NCBI GenBank assembly: GCA_964619725.1 | Contig: CAZUFC010000046.1 | Span: 1 to 53,159 of the forward strand | From: an uncultured bacterium | GTDB taxonomy: Bacteria > CSSED10-310 > CAZUFC01 | Reading direction: 5' to 3' | Length of the DNA stretch: 53,159 nt | Shown here: piece after piece, positions 29,892 through 39,253 of the stretch | How positions within the stretch are numbered: the stretch's first letter is position 1 | Layout of the letters: each line of letters begins with the position of its first letter | Notes under the pieces: model-generated | What the model was told of the DNA's origin: nothing | Database searches by the model: none | The model's input: only the letters and a program-made list of their open reading frames with translations | Made by a program: the position numbers and the translations under genes

Positions 29892-30509
29892 CTATTTTTT
29901 TATTCTCCTGCGGGATTTAAATGATCGATCATTCGGTCCGAAAAGGCTCAACTGTCCTTTGAACACCCTGGCTATCGCCTCTTCGTGAGAAATTATTTTT
30001 CCCTGTTCGTCTATATGTTCGGGATGATGTCCCCTTGACTTCATGACTTCGGAGATAAGCTTGGTACGGTGACACATTTCAGGTTTAGCTTCACTGCACA
30101 TCAGAACAAGTGAAAACTGCCGATTAATGGCTCTTTCAATACGGGCAATCCCCGAAAGGAAATAGTCCTTCTCCTTAAGCTTGTCATAGTCCGCCTTTCC
30201 ATTTGTGTACACTGATGAATCATCAGGTGTTCCTCCCAGAGAATCTCCCATGAACAGATAACGAATGCCAATTTTACTCAAAGATGCCTTTAACGGTGCT
30301 TTTGAGAAATCTGGACTGTATCGCGAATACGGCGAAGAACGAACGTCAATAAGAAACTCGATCTTGAAATGTTTCAGAAGAAGGATAAAATCAGAAATAG
30401 CCCTGTTTCCATATCCTATCGTCCTTATCTTTCCTGAGTGAATTTTTTTCATATTCCACTTTCTCTTTTTGAGAATAACCATATGGCGATTTTGCTGCGA
30501 ACGACGCAA
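29892..30509 (-). CDS. DUF488 family protein with C-terminal QLSLF motif; likely start ATG 30452
   Basis: TIGYGNR, LIDVRSSPYSRY, LGG.P, LMCSEAKPEMCHR, QLSLF. Confidence 0.88.
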   Translation of the reverse strand: MRRSQQNRHMVILKKRKWNMKKIHSGKIRTIGYGNRAISDFILLLKHFKIEFLIDVRSSPYSRYSPDFSKAPLKASLSKIGIRYLFMGDSLGGTPDDSSVYTNGKADYDKLKEKDYFLSGIARIERAINRQFSLVLMCSEAKPEMCHRTKLISEVMKSRGHHPEHIDEQGKIISHEEAIARVFKGQLSLFGPNDRSFKSRRRIKK

Positions 30510-30634
30510 CTATCTGATTCATCTTCCTTATTACAGGGGCGGCTATTCGCTTATCGACCAAATTCATAATAATGAAAAACTATGAATGAGTCAAATGAAT
30601 GCTAAGAAAATGGGGTCAGATTCATTATGAAAGC

Positions 30635-30923
30635 TTTGATTTTAAAGGATAAGAGGCTGCACGACTGGCTGGGACGAGGAAAAACCGTCCGCGAAGGAGC
30701 GCGAAATCACGCGAAGAAGAGTCTTTCATTGAAACGTCAGAGCTGCCTGGCGCCTTTACGGAATGTTCAGCCTGGCGGGAAAGCAAAAAACTTCAGCCGT
30801 TAGAAATGGAACACGGCAGTATGAACTCGGGAATCAATAAAACCATGGAGGGCCGATGAAAGAATCAGGTCTACGGTTTTTCTTTCCCTCTGCTTTTCGA
30901 AGATTCGCGTTCTTTCGTGGGCA
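30635..30923 (+). repeat. Family E repeat, right boundary of the DUF488 island, with inverted partner arm
   Basis: AACCGTCCGCGAAGGAGCGCGAAATCACGCGAAGAA (9-bp period); inverted arm TTCGAAGATTCGCGTTCTTTCGTGGGC at about 30896-30922. Confidence 0.6.
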
Positions 30924-31108
30924 AAAATTCCGCAAAAGTCATTTTCTGAATACCGTTGCGGGAGTTATGCACCACAGCGCAATGTTAATTTAATTTAAAA
31001 CAATCCAAGACGGCTAAGTCAAACTTCCTCCGGCTGATTCGTCCCGGAGAGGCTTCTTTGCCGTTGACAGTCAATGCAAAGTTCTGATAGTTAGGGGACG
31101 GGAGATTT

Positions 31109-32641
31109 ATGATGAAGATCGGACTGATCGCGCCTTATTCGGATATTGCAGCATTGGGATTGAGAAGCATTTCGGCCTGCCTCAAGAGAGAAGGATTCGA
31201 CAGCCGCATGGTATTCCTGCCGTTTCCGTTTCCGGAAATCGAATATGTTTCCGATTTCACGTTTCAATACAGCCCCCGCATCCTGGATCAGGTCAAAGAT
31301 TTGATGTCGGACCGCGACATCATCGGTGTTTCGCTGATGACGAATTATTTTGAACGGGCTGTCGAACTGACGCGCTTTTTGAAGAAAAACAGCGAAGCTC
31401 CCGTCATCTGGGGCGGCATTCATCCGACCATCAGACCTGAAGAATGCCTGGAAGAGGCGGATATGGTTTGCCTGGGCGAAGGAGAAGAGGCTTTCGTCGA
31501 GCTCGCGCAGAAAATGGAAAGCGGCGAGCCGATTGACGAAACGAAAAACATCTGGCTGAAAAAAGACGGAAACATTGTCAAGAATCCGCAGAGACCTTTC
31601 ATAAGCGACCTGGACTCATTGCCCTATTTCGATTATGACCTGGAGGACCATTACGTACTCGACAAGGAAACTGAGGAAATACTCCAGATGGACATCGATC
31701 TTCTTCAACGGTTCCTGACCAAGGAATCGCCCACAAAGGCCCGTGCCGCTCTGTTTTACCAGACCATCGCTTCGCGGGGCTGCCCTCATGACTGCACCTT
31801 CTGCTGCTGGAGCGCTTTGAAAGAATTATATAAAGACACCGGCGGTCGTCGCTTGAGACGCAGGTCTCCCGAACACATCGTGGGTGAACTCAAGATCGTT
31901 AAAGAAAAAATGCCCTTTATTAAAGAGATAACCTTTTCGGATGATTCGTTCCTGGGCGTTTCTCTGAAAGAATCGAAGCGTTTCCGTGACCTGTACAAAA
32001 AAGAAATCGGACTGCCGTTTCAATGCCTGGCGGAACCCGCAACCATCACGGAAGAAAAACTGGCCGTTTTCGCCGATGCAGGGCTCGTGAATATTCAGAT
32101 AGGCGTCCAGACCGGCAGCGAAAGAATGCGTAAACTCTACAACAGGCATGAAACAGATGAAAAAATAATCAAAATGTCTGAAATAATCACCGGTTTCATT
32201 CCCCCGGTTCGTCCGCCTATTTACGATTTCATCCTGGACAATCCCTGGGAGACGGTCCAGGATAAACAGAAAACCCTGGACCTCCTTTGCCGCATCAAAC
32301 GCCCTTTTTACCTCCAGATATTCGCATTGACCTTCTTCCCCGGCACCGAAGTATACCGGAAAGCCAGAGAAGATGGCATCATTACAGACGATAACGAACT
32401 TCGGCTGGTCTATCGCTCCCAATACAACACACGCGAAATCAACTATATCAATCTGGTCATTTCCCTCTTCAGCCGCAATATCCCCCTGCCCGCACTGAAA
32501 CTTCTGGCCAACCCGGTCATGGTCAATTTCTTTCACCGAAAAAGCTTTAACGGCTTTTACAAAATCCTTTACAACCTCTACCGAAAGATTAAACTCGCAG
32601 CGATCAGGCTTCGCAAAGGTCCCAGACAAACCGCTCCGTAA
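31109..32641 (+). CDS. B12-binding domain radical SAM protein
   Basis: ALGLRSISACLK, WGGIHPT, GEGEE, SRGCPHDCTFC (CxxxCxxC), FSDDSF, GVQTGS, PGTEVY. Confidence 0.92.
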   Translation: MMKIGLIAPYSDIAALGLRSISACLKREGFDSRMVFLPFPFPEIEYVSDFTFQYSPRILDQVKDLMSDRDIIGVSLMTNYFERAVELTRFLKKNSEAPVIWGGIHPTIRPEECLEEADMVCLGEGEEAFVELAQKMESGEPIDETKNIWLKKDGNIVKNPQRPFISDLDSLPYFDYDLEDHYVLDKETEEILQMDIDLLQRFLTKESPTKARAALFYQTIASRGCPHDCTFCCWSALKELYKDTGGRRLRRRSPEHIVGELKIVKEKMPFIKEITFSDDSFLGVSLKESKRFRDLYKKEIGLPFQCLAEPATITEEKLAVFADAGLVNIQIGVQTGSERMRKLYNRHETDEKIIKMSEIITGFIPPVRPPIYDFILDNPWETVQDKQKTLDLLCRIKRPFYLQIFALTFFPGTEVYRKAREDGIITDDNELRLVYRSQYNTREINYINLVISLFSRNIPLPALKLLANPVMVNFFHRKSFNGFYKILYNLYRKIKLAAIRLRKGPRQTAP

Positions 32642-32665
32642 AAAGGTCTACACATGTAAAAACAG

Positions 32666-32831
32666 GGGACTGTTCAGACCGGAGTTGCACTTCTTTCAAA
32701 ACTCTCTACGGTTTGTTTCAGTAATCGGTTCGGTATCGGGGTCGGGTTCGGTATCGCAATCCCTATCGAAACAAAATGATGAGCTGTTCTCCCGAATTGC
32801 AACCTTAACAGTCGCATTTTTGATCAATGCC
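32666..32831 (+). mobile_element. MITE family A copy A3 (about 8 hexamers)
   Basis: GGGACTGTTCAGACC...TTTTTGATCAATGCC; flanks AAAAACAG / AAAAAGAG (7/8 TSD). Confidence 0.85.
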
Positions 32832-33034
32832 AAAAAGAGTTTCAAGTTGACGTCTTCGTGATTAAAATATACAGGCCGCAATACCAGTATGGATTTTTCA
32901 TACAAAACCTCTTCGAACCTGCATATTCTCCCACCTTCAAGCGCTGGTCACTACGGACTTGATCATCATGACGCTGATATGCTTCCGCTGTCCTCCGGTC
33001 CGATACGCTCGATTCTGCGGGAATATCAACGCTC

Positions 33035-33496
33035 TCAATACGATTTTGTATTGGAAACGTGCTGGAACTCATCCCAGCCTCCGGGCAGTCCCTCATCCAT
33101 ATAATGCGAACATCCTTCCTCCATTATACAGCGATGAGCTTTCTTATCGAAAGTCAGCCATTTTCCTTTCATCTCCTTCGCCAGCGCAGCATAACAGGCA
33201 TCATATCCGGTTAACCCCTTTTTTACGAAATGATAGGCATCCTTCGCCAATCCTTCTGTCATCGGATGTCTGATTATGCCTCCGTTGAGTATCGGTATTA
33301 CTCCCTTTATGAATATCGTATGACCCTTTTCCGTCAGTCTGCACAAAACAGAATATACCTCAAAACTGAATAATTCCGGGATTATAAATTGACCAGGCTC
33401 CTCCAGCAATCTCTCAAGAACAGCGACGGCATTCGCATGCTTTTCGTTTCGTAAAAACCATTTTATCGCCACTGAAGCATCAGGAACCCAGATCAT
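33035..33496 (-). CDS. vapC: PIN-domain toxin (VapC family)
   Basis: VPDASVAIKWF...E...LTGYDACYAALA...WLTFDKK. Confidence 0.9.
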   Translation of the reverse strand: MIWVPDASVAIKWFLRNEKHANAVAVLERLLEEPGQFIIPELFSFEVYSVLCRLTEKGHTIFIKGVIPILNGGIIRHPMTEGLAKDAYHFVKKGLTGYDACYAALAKEMKGKWLTFDKKAHRCIMEEGCSHYMDEGLPGGWDEFQHVSNTKSY

Positions 33497-33783
33497 GACC
33501 TATATCCCCTCAGTTCTCGTAGTACTTCCACGCTGTCTCTCGAATCAGCGCTGTCAGTGGCCGATTCCCTTATGATCTTTAAAAGCCGCTCCTTTTTTTC
33601 CCGAACCTGATAATCAAGAAAACGCTTCTCATATTGCTCCGGCGTAATCAGAACAGCCCTTATCTTGCGACCCTTGCTCACCAGTATCGGCTCACCCGTT
33701 TCCGTCAGCATATCCAGTACCTCTCCCAGATGATTCCTTATTTTAAGAGCGTTTACGGTTCTCATCGGCTCTAACCTCCTCAA
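33493..33783 (-). CDS. Phd/YefM family antitoxin; likely start 33765
   Basis: TVNALKIRNHLGEVLD...EPILVSK..KIRAVLI; AGGAGG RBS; ATGA overlap with the toxin gene. Confidence 0.9.
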   Translation of the reverse strand: MRRLEPMRTVNALKIRNHLGEVLDMLTETGEPILVSKGRKIRAVLITPEQYEKRFLDYQVREKKERLLKIIRESATDSADSRDSVEVLRELRGYRS

Positions 33784-33817
33784 ATTTTAAATCTCATTGC
33801 ACCCGCCCGAGTGAAAA

Positions 33818-33846
33818 AATATAATGGAAAAAAGGATCAATGTCAA
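33818..33846 (-). promoter_or_regulatory. Sigma70 promoter of the TA operon
   Basis: TTGACA-17 nt-TATATT on the minus strand. Confidence 0.7.
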
Positions 33847-33996
33847 GTGTATACGTGTACCTACATCTATACATCCTGTGCCGGGATATAATCCGTATCA
33901 GAATGCTGATGTAAAACAGACTAGAAGGCAGCGATCTGTTTGCCGCCGAAGCAATGCTTTTTGAGATGATATCCCGATCCCGTGCAGGCTGGATGA

Positions 33997-34929
33997 CTAT
34001 TCCTGAAGATGCTTCAACTCATCTCGAACAGCGAAATAACCGCCGTCCCGAAAAGCGCCAGGCGCTATGCCCATTCTTCTCCCTTTTTCTCCAGCGCTTT
34101 CAATCAGCTCAATCGTTAATTGCAGGTCCCGCTTGATGTTCTCGTAATTTTCCGCTGCCCTCTGCGCTTTTTCATAGTTTGATCTCGTATTCGGAATGAC
34201 CTTGACTGAAAATTCAGCGGATTGCCTGGAAAGATGTTTTTCTTTCTCAGAAACTTCAAGCTCTGCTTCAAGAAATTTAAAGGCATCCGTCAATCCCTTT
34301 ACCAGATTAACCCAGAAGTCATATTCCTCTGGAAAAACATCGTCAGCAGCGCCGAAATCCTTCAATAATTCCTCAAGAATTTCGCCTATATCACCCGACG
34401 CTTTAGGTTTAAATTCAGGTTCAGAATCTTTATAAATGTCCGTCAGCATATCCAGCCGGGCCAGTTTCAAATTAATGTCGCCGGCAAGCCTTTCCTTCAT
34501 TTGATTCGCCTCAGCAGCGCCGTACGGCAATCCTTCCTCAACGAGTTCGCTCAAGGACTTTGATTTTTTATCCTCCGGGGGTTTCGACGTATATTCTCCT
34601 TCGGGGAATGAGGATACAAGCGATGAGCCGTCGGGCGGAGGAAACGAGGTGGAATGAAGCATGCCGTCGCTGTCTGTCCATAAATAAATCATTCCACTCT
34701 CTTCTTTTTCTTCGGTGTCTGCCGTCATCGCCGGCAATGCAGAAAAAACTGTGAGAATGATAACGGCGACAACTTTTAAAAGATTACCTGAAGTATTCCC
34801 ATAATTCGAAGAAAGAGTTACTCTTCGAGATACATCCTTTTCAAGGGAAAGCTTAAAGTATAAGTTTAAGAATATTTTCATTTTCGGCGAAAACTCCATA
34901 AAAAACAATTGATTGAGAAAAAAATTCAT
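33997..34929 (-). CDS. Exported protein with DUF4124-like N-terminal motif and helical C-terminus (start uncertain)
   Basis: Hydrophobic segment LLKVVAVIILTVFSALPA, then IYLWTDSDGMLHSTSFPP. Confidence 0.55.
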   Translation of the reverse strand: MNFFLNQLFFMEFSPKMKIFLNLYFKLSLEKDVSRRVTLSSNYGNTSGNLLKVVAVIILTVFSALPAMTADTEEKEESGMIYLWTDSDGMLHSTSFPPPDGSSLVSSFPEGEYTSKPPEDKKSKSLSELVEEGLPYGAAEANQMKERLAGDINLKLARLDMLTDIYKDSEPEFKPKASGDIGEILEELLKDFGAADDVFPEEYDFWVNLVKGLTDAFKFLEAELEVSEKEKHLSRQSAEFSVKVIPNTRSNYEKAQRAAENYENIKRDLQLTIELIESAGEKGRRMGIAPGAFRDGGYFAVRDELKHLQE

Positions 34930-34975
34930 TTCTGATCAAAACTATTCAGAGCGATTTATCTCAACTATTAACGGC

Positions 34976-35896
34976 TTAAAGGCCGATCTGAGGTTCTTCG
35001 ACAGTGCCTCGGATGAGGAGCGGTTGAGTAATTTTCGCCTGCTCTCTGTCGATTTCTCCTGTTTCATCGGTTTCGACGAAGCGCAATTCGAGGTCCAGGA
35101 GGCTGTTTTCAGGATTGATCCTCAGTACGACTCGTCCGTTGATCGTCATATTGGTGAGCGTGCTCAACAGATCAATGCGTTCAATATGCAGTATGCTTTT
35201 GTCCAGTCGGAAATCGGCCAGGATTTTACGGAAGGGAATCTGCTGGAAGCCGAACTGCTGAAGTTCAGGGCTGTCGAGTTCGCCGTCCGATACCGTGAAG
35301 GAAGCGTTGCCGACCATGTTTTCCATGGAGGGAATATCGACCCATTCCATCAAAATATTCCCTGTCAGAATGCCGGTCATCCTCAAGTTTTCATGGATTT
35401 TACGCAAGCGCGTCAGGTCTATGCCTTCGATATTCGTTTCAACCCTGCCGTGAACGGAATCCTCCACACGTTCCAGGTTTATTTCACCCTCGATGCTACC
35501 TCCATAAAGTTCTGCAGCAAAAGGAAAGGTTACGACGGCATCGGGAGGTTCGGGATCATCAGAAAATATTTTAGAAATTCCCAACTTTACAGAAGGAATG
35601 ATAAGCGGCAGCATTTTAAGTTTCAACTTGACCTTTTTCGCTTCGAACGGCGGCTTGTGAGGATTGGGCTCGTAAACGGACAATCCCCGCAACACTATGG
35701 TCGTCAACGGATAATAATCAACCTTATCCACCCTGATGTCCTTGCCCGTGCTCGTTTCCATCTCATCAAGATATCGGTGCACGTAAATATCCACCGGCGC
35801 AAAGAAAAACAGAAGCAGATAGGCTGTGATGCCGAGTATGATCAGCGTCGGTATGCCGAATTTAAGAAACCTTTTGATTAAATTGAGACATCCCAT
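34976..35896 (-). CDS. GspN/AsmA-like membrane-anchored beta-rich protein
   Basis: N-terminal TM helix, AELYGGSIEG, alternating beta-strands, C-terminal LLIRGTVEEPQI. Confidence 0.55.
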   Translation of the reverse strand: MGCLNLIKRFLKFGIPTLIILGITAYLLLFFFAPVDIYVHRYLDEMETSTGKDIRVDKVDYYPLTTIVLRGLSVYEPNPHKPPFEAKKVKLKLKMLPLIIPSVKLGISKIFSDDPEPPDAVVTFPFAAELYGGSIEGEINLERVEDSVHGRVETNIEGIDLTRLRKIHENLRMTGILTGNILMEWVDIPSMENMVGNASFTVSDGELDSPELQQFGFQQIPFRKILADFRLDKSILHIERIDLLSTLTNMTINGRVVLRINPENSLLDLELRFVETDETGEIDREQAKITQPLLIRGTVEEPQIGL

Positions 35897-35911
35897 ATTT
35901 AAACCTTTACT

Positions 35912-36337
35912 TTACACCGGCCATAACGGCAATGTGGTTGCGGCATCCGGTTTTCTTTCCAGAGGCTCTCCCTGGTATTCATGGATGACGTATTCGCAAA
36001 CGAAGATTCTGCAGCCCGGCATCAGATGACCGCCGTGCGCTTTGTGCTCCTTGTCGCCCAGAGTCAGATGCACGTGAGGCATGCTTTTGCCTTCTTTAAT
36101 GGAAATATTGCCGAACATCATCAGAATTTCCATGGGTTCCTTTATTTCACGAGTTTCATATTCGAAATTTTTCTGATTGAAATATCCTATTACGGCTTCT
36201 GAAAGAGCCCCGATGCCGTGAATCGCGCCCATTCGTATGTTTTCTTCTTCGCAGATGTTCTCGATTTGTTCGAGCAGGTCCTCTCCCGTAGGAAAACGAC
36301 CTGCAATGATGCGCTTGACTGAATATTCTTGATTCAT
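35912..36337 (-). CDS. PPC/DUF296 domain protein
   Basis: GEDLLEQI, GIGAL, EILMMFGNIS, PHVHLTLGD, GGHL. Confidence 0.9.
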   Translation of the reverse strand: MNQEYSVKRIIAGRFPTGEDLLEQIENICEEENIRMGAIHGIGALSEAVIGYFNQKNFEYETREIKEPMEILMMFGNISIKEGKSMPHVHLTLGDKEHKAHGGHLMPGCRIFVCEYVIHEYQGEPLERKPDAATTLPLWPV

Positions 36338-36348
36338 AAGCAGCCTCC

Positions 36349-37806
36349 TTATTTTTCGATGAGGGCTTTTCTGTACAATTCCACATATTTACGGGCTGAA
36401 TTTTTCCACGTAAAATCCCGGCTCATTCCCCGCAAAACCACCTCACGATGTCGTTCCTTCTGATGAAAAAGATCAATAGCTCTTGCCAGGGCAATAAACA
36501 GGTCCTTAGCCGTGTAATCAACGAACTTTATTCCTGTGCCTTCTCCCGTCAGTTCATTATAATCCTCTATGGTTTCGTCCAAACCTCCGACGGCTCTGAC
36601 CACCGGCAAAGCCCCGTATCGAAGGCTGTAAAGCTGATTCAAACCGGCCGGTTCGTAACGGCTCGGCATAATAAAAAAATCGACGCCCGCCTCTATCTTA
36701 TGCGCCAGCGTTTCGTCGAAACCTATCTTTATTCCCGTCTTTTCAGGGAACTGCTCATTCAAAGTGGTGAAAGAATCCTGGTATTTCTTGTCGCCTGAGC
36801 CCAATAAAATAAACTGAACTTTCAACCGCAGAAAATCCTCGATGATATCGACCACGAGATCAAGTCCCTTCTGAACCGTCAATCGAGTGATCATACCGAA
36901 CAGAGGAACGTCCGGACCATATTTCATATTGAAATAGCTGCAGAGGTCCTCCTTGCATTTTTCCTTGCCTGATAGGTCGTTTTTCGAATAATTCTGCACC
37001 AGGTCCGGGTCTGTTCCGGGATTCCAGACATTTTCGTCTATGCCGTTGATTATGCCGTACAGCGAATCCTTCCTTTTCCTCAGAATTCCGTCAAGACCGT
37101 ATCCGTATTCAGACGTCTGAATCTCCTCGGCATACTTGCCGCTGACCGTATTAACGACGTCCGAATAAACCATGCCCGCTTTGAGAAAATTCATTTTGCC
37201 GTAAAATTCGATCCCTTCAGAGTGAAATAGTTTCCAGGGCAGCCCTGTGAACGGCATGTCCTCTTTCGGAAAGATTCCCTGATAGGCGATATTGTGAATG
37301 GTGAAAACGGAAGCCGTGTTTTTGAAAAATTCAAGGTAAGGTTCAAGTTTCAGGTAAACGGGGACGAGTCCCGTTTGCCAGTCGTTCAGGTGCATAATGT
37401 CCGGCCGGAAGTCCCGTTGACGGCAAAATTCAAGTATCGCTTTACAAAAGAAGGAGAAACGTTTGGCGTTGTCGATATAATCGCCCTGAAAGGTCTTATA
37501 CAGCTCATCACGGTCGAAATATTCTTTTCTGTCAATAAAATAAATGAATTCGCCCGAATCGGCCCGGTATTCGTAAACCGTTCCGTTGATGATCTCAGAA
37601 CCCATCTTCACCGGCAAAGGATCAAGTATTTTATTTAAATTGAAGCGATCTTCCGTTACGGCGCGATACCGGGGCAAAAAAACATGAACCTCATGCCCCA
37701 AAGTTCGCAGATATTTCGGAAGAGCGCCGATAACGTCGGCCAAACCTCCGGTTTTTACGAAAGGGACCATTTCTGATGCAGCGACGAGAATAGTTAAAGG
37801 TTTCAT
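36349..37806 (-). CDS. glgA: Glycogen synthase
   Basis: SEMVPFVKTGGLADV, HLNDWQ, FTIHNIAYQG, QKGLDL, MPSRYEPAGLNQL; start trimmed to ATG 37806. Confidence 0.96.
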   Translation of the reverse strand: MKPLTILVAASEMVPFVKTGGLADVIGALPKYLRTLGHEVHVFLPRYRAVTEDRFNLNKILDPLPVKMGSEIINGTVYEYRADSGEFIYFIDRKEYFDRDELYKTFQGDYIDNAKRFSFFCKAILEFCRQRDFRPDIMHLNDWQTGLVPVYLKLEPYLEFFKNTASVFTIHNIAYQGIFPKEDMPFTGLPWKLFHSEGIEFYGKMNFLKAGMVYSDVVNTVSGKYAEEIQTSEYGYGLDGILRKRKDSLYGIINGIDENVWNPGTDPDLVQNYSKNDLSGKEKCKEDLCSYFNMKYGPDVPLFGMITRLTVQKGLDLVVDIIEDFLRLKVQFILLGSGDKKYQDSFTTLNEQFPEKTGIKIGFDETLAHKIEAGVDFFIMPSRYEPAGLNQLYSLRYGALPVVRAVGGLDETIEDYNELTGEGTGIKFVDYTAKDLFIALARAIDLFHQKERHREVVLRGMSRDFTWKNSARKYVELYRKALIEK

Positions 37807-37942
37807 GGAATCATTCCTTTCAAAGGGCTCAGAAAGACCATCCCATGTTAACACCGGGCCGCTTTGCGGTCAAATTAATTCTTTTAATCCCGGCCTGCTT
37901 TTGTTACTATTATTTCCCGATCTGGTGGGAGGTAAACGAACA

Positions 37943-39250
37943 ATGTTAAAGTATATAATAAAGGGCGGTAATGAATTGCAGGGCAAAGTGAGAGTCAGCG
38001 GCGCTAAAAATGCCGTATTGAAGATGATGATTGCGTCATTGTTGAGCAGGAAGCCGGTATTATTGAAAAATGCGCCACGGATCAGCGATTTGATGGTAAC
38101 GCTGGAGATATGCAAAATTTTAGGTTGTAAAGCGGAATGGGACCAGGATCGGCACATTCTGAGCATAGATGCCGGGAGCCTTAACAACTACAATATACCG
38201 GACGAGCTCGGCGCTAAAAACAGGATGTCGGTGATGACGGTAGGGCCGTTGATACACCGATTCGGCAATGCGGTCATACCCAAAATGGGCGGTTGCCGCA
38301 TAGGAGCCAGGCCGGTCGATTTTCATCTGAATGCGCTGAAAACCATGGGTGCCGTCGTAGAAGAAGATGAATGCCGCTATGTCGTGAAGGCGGATAAACT
38401 CAGGGGAGCCATGATCCGGTTGCCGTTTCCGAGCGTATCGGCCACGGAAAATATCGTCATGGCTGCCGTCCTGGCCGAAGGGACCACGGTTATACGCAAT
38501 GCAGCAGTAGAACCGGAAACCATAGACCTGATCCGTATGCTGCAGAAAATGGGCGCTCTGATTGACGTGCAGGTCAACAGGCGAATATTGATCGAGGGCG
38601 TAAATGAACTGAAGCCCGTGGAACACAACATTCTGCCGGACAGAAACGAAGCCGCATCGCTGTTGGCCGCCGGTATAGTGACGAACAGCCGCATCATCGT
38701 TGACGACGCCAGACAGATCGACCTTATGAAATTTTACAATACGCTTCAAAGAGCCGGAGTAAGATTCCAACTGCAGGACAATTCGGTTGAACTGACTCCG
38801 CCTCACAACCTGAAACCCATTGCCGTGGAAACGGACGTTCATCCCGGATTCATGACGGACTGGCAGCAGCCTTTCACCGTCATTATGACTCAGATTCATG
38901 GCCTCTCCACCTTGCACGAGACTATCTATGAGGACCGTTTGGGGTATACCGGCGAACTGAAAAAAATGGGCGCGGACATTGTTCTGTTCAAGCAATGCCT
39001 GGGGCAGGTTCGATGCCGCTTTCGCGACAGGGGATTCTGGCACAGTTGCGTGGTCAGAGGAAAAACGGATTTGAAAGGCGCCCGCGTAATGATCCCCGAT
39101 TTGCGAGCGGGATGTTCGCTGGTCATTGCCGCTCTGTGTGCGGAAGGGGTTTCTGAAGTATGCGGCGCTGAGCATGTGCACAGGGGATATGATAATTTAC
39201 ATGAAAAACTGAAAATGCTGGGCGCAGATATAGAACTGGCGGAAGAATAA
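37943..39250 (+). CDS. murA: UDP-N-acetylglucosamine 1-carboxyvinyltransferase
   Basis: VSGAKNA, GGCRIGARPVDFH, SVSATEN, PGFMTDWQQP, PDLRAG, RGYD; start trimmed to ATG 37943. Confidence 0.95.
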   Translation: MLKYIIKGGNELQGKVRVSGAKNAVLKMMIASLLSRKPVLLKNAPRISDLMVTLEICKILGCKAEWDQDRHILSIDAGSLNNYNIPDELGAKNRMSVMTVGPLIHRFGNAVIPKMGGCRIGARPVDFHLNALKTMGAVVEEDECRYVVKADKLRGAMIRLPFPSVSATENIVMAAVLAEGTTVIRNAAVEPETIDLIRMLQKMGALIDVQVNRRILIEGVNELKPVEHNILPDRNEAASLLAAGIVTNSRIIVDDARQIDLMKFYNTLQRAGVRFQLQDNSVELTPPHNLKPIAVETDVHPGFMTDWQQPFTVIMTQIHGLSTLHETIYEDRLGYTGELKKMGADIVLFKQCLGQVRCRFRDRGFWHSCVVRGKTDLKGARVMIPDLRAGCSLVIAALCAEGVSEVCGAEHVHRGYDNLHEKLKMLGADIELAEE

Positions 39251-39253
39251 AAA

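Noticed and set aside
31109-32641. B12 radical SAM enzyme as PKS tailoring enzyme or RiPP maturase
   Set aside because: It lies 11 kb from the PKS, is monocistronic and has no adjacent precursor peptide; nothing in the sequence links them.
33836-33846. TA promoter -35 region (TTGACATTGATC) derived from a family A TIR
   Set aside because: The match is only about 10 bp with no further arm similarity, so chance cannot be excluded.
34913-35881. 322-aa plus-strand ORF
   Set aside because: Antisense shadow of the GspN/AsmA-like gene, which fits the minus-strand operon; no recognisable motifs.
38120-39181. 353-aa minus-strand ORF and similar long antisense ORFs (31826-32629, 23884-24585, those inside the PKS genes)
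   Set aside because: Shadows of well-supported genes on the opposite strand.
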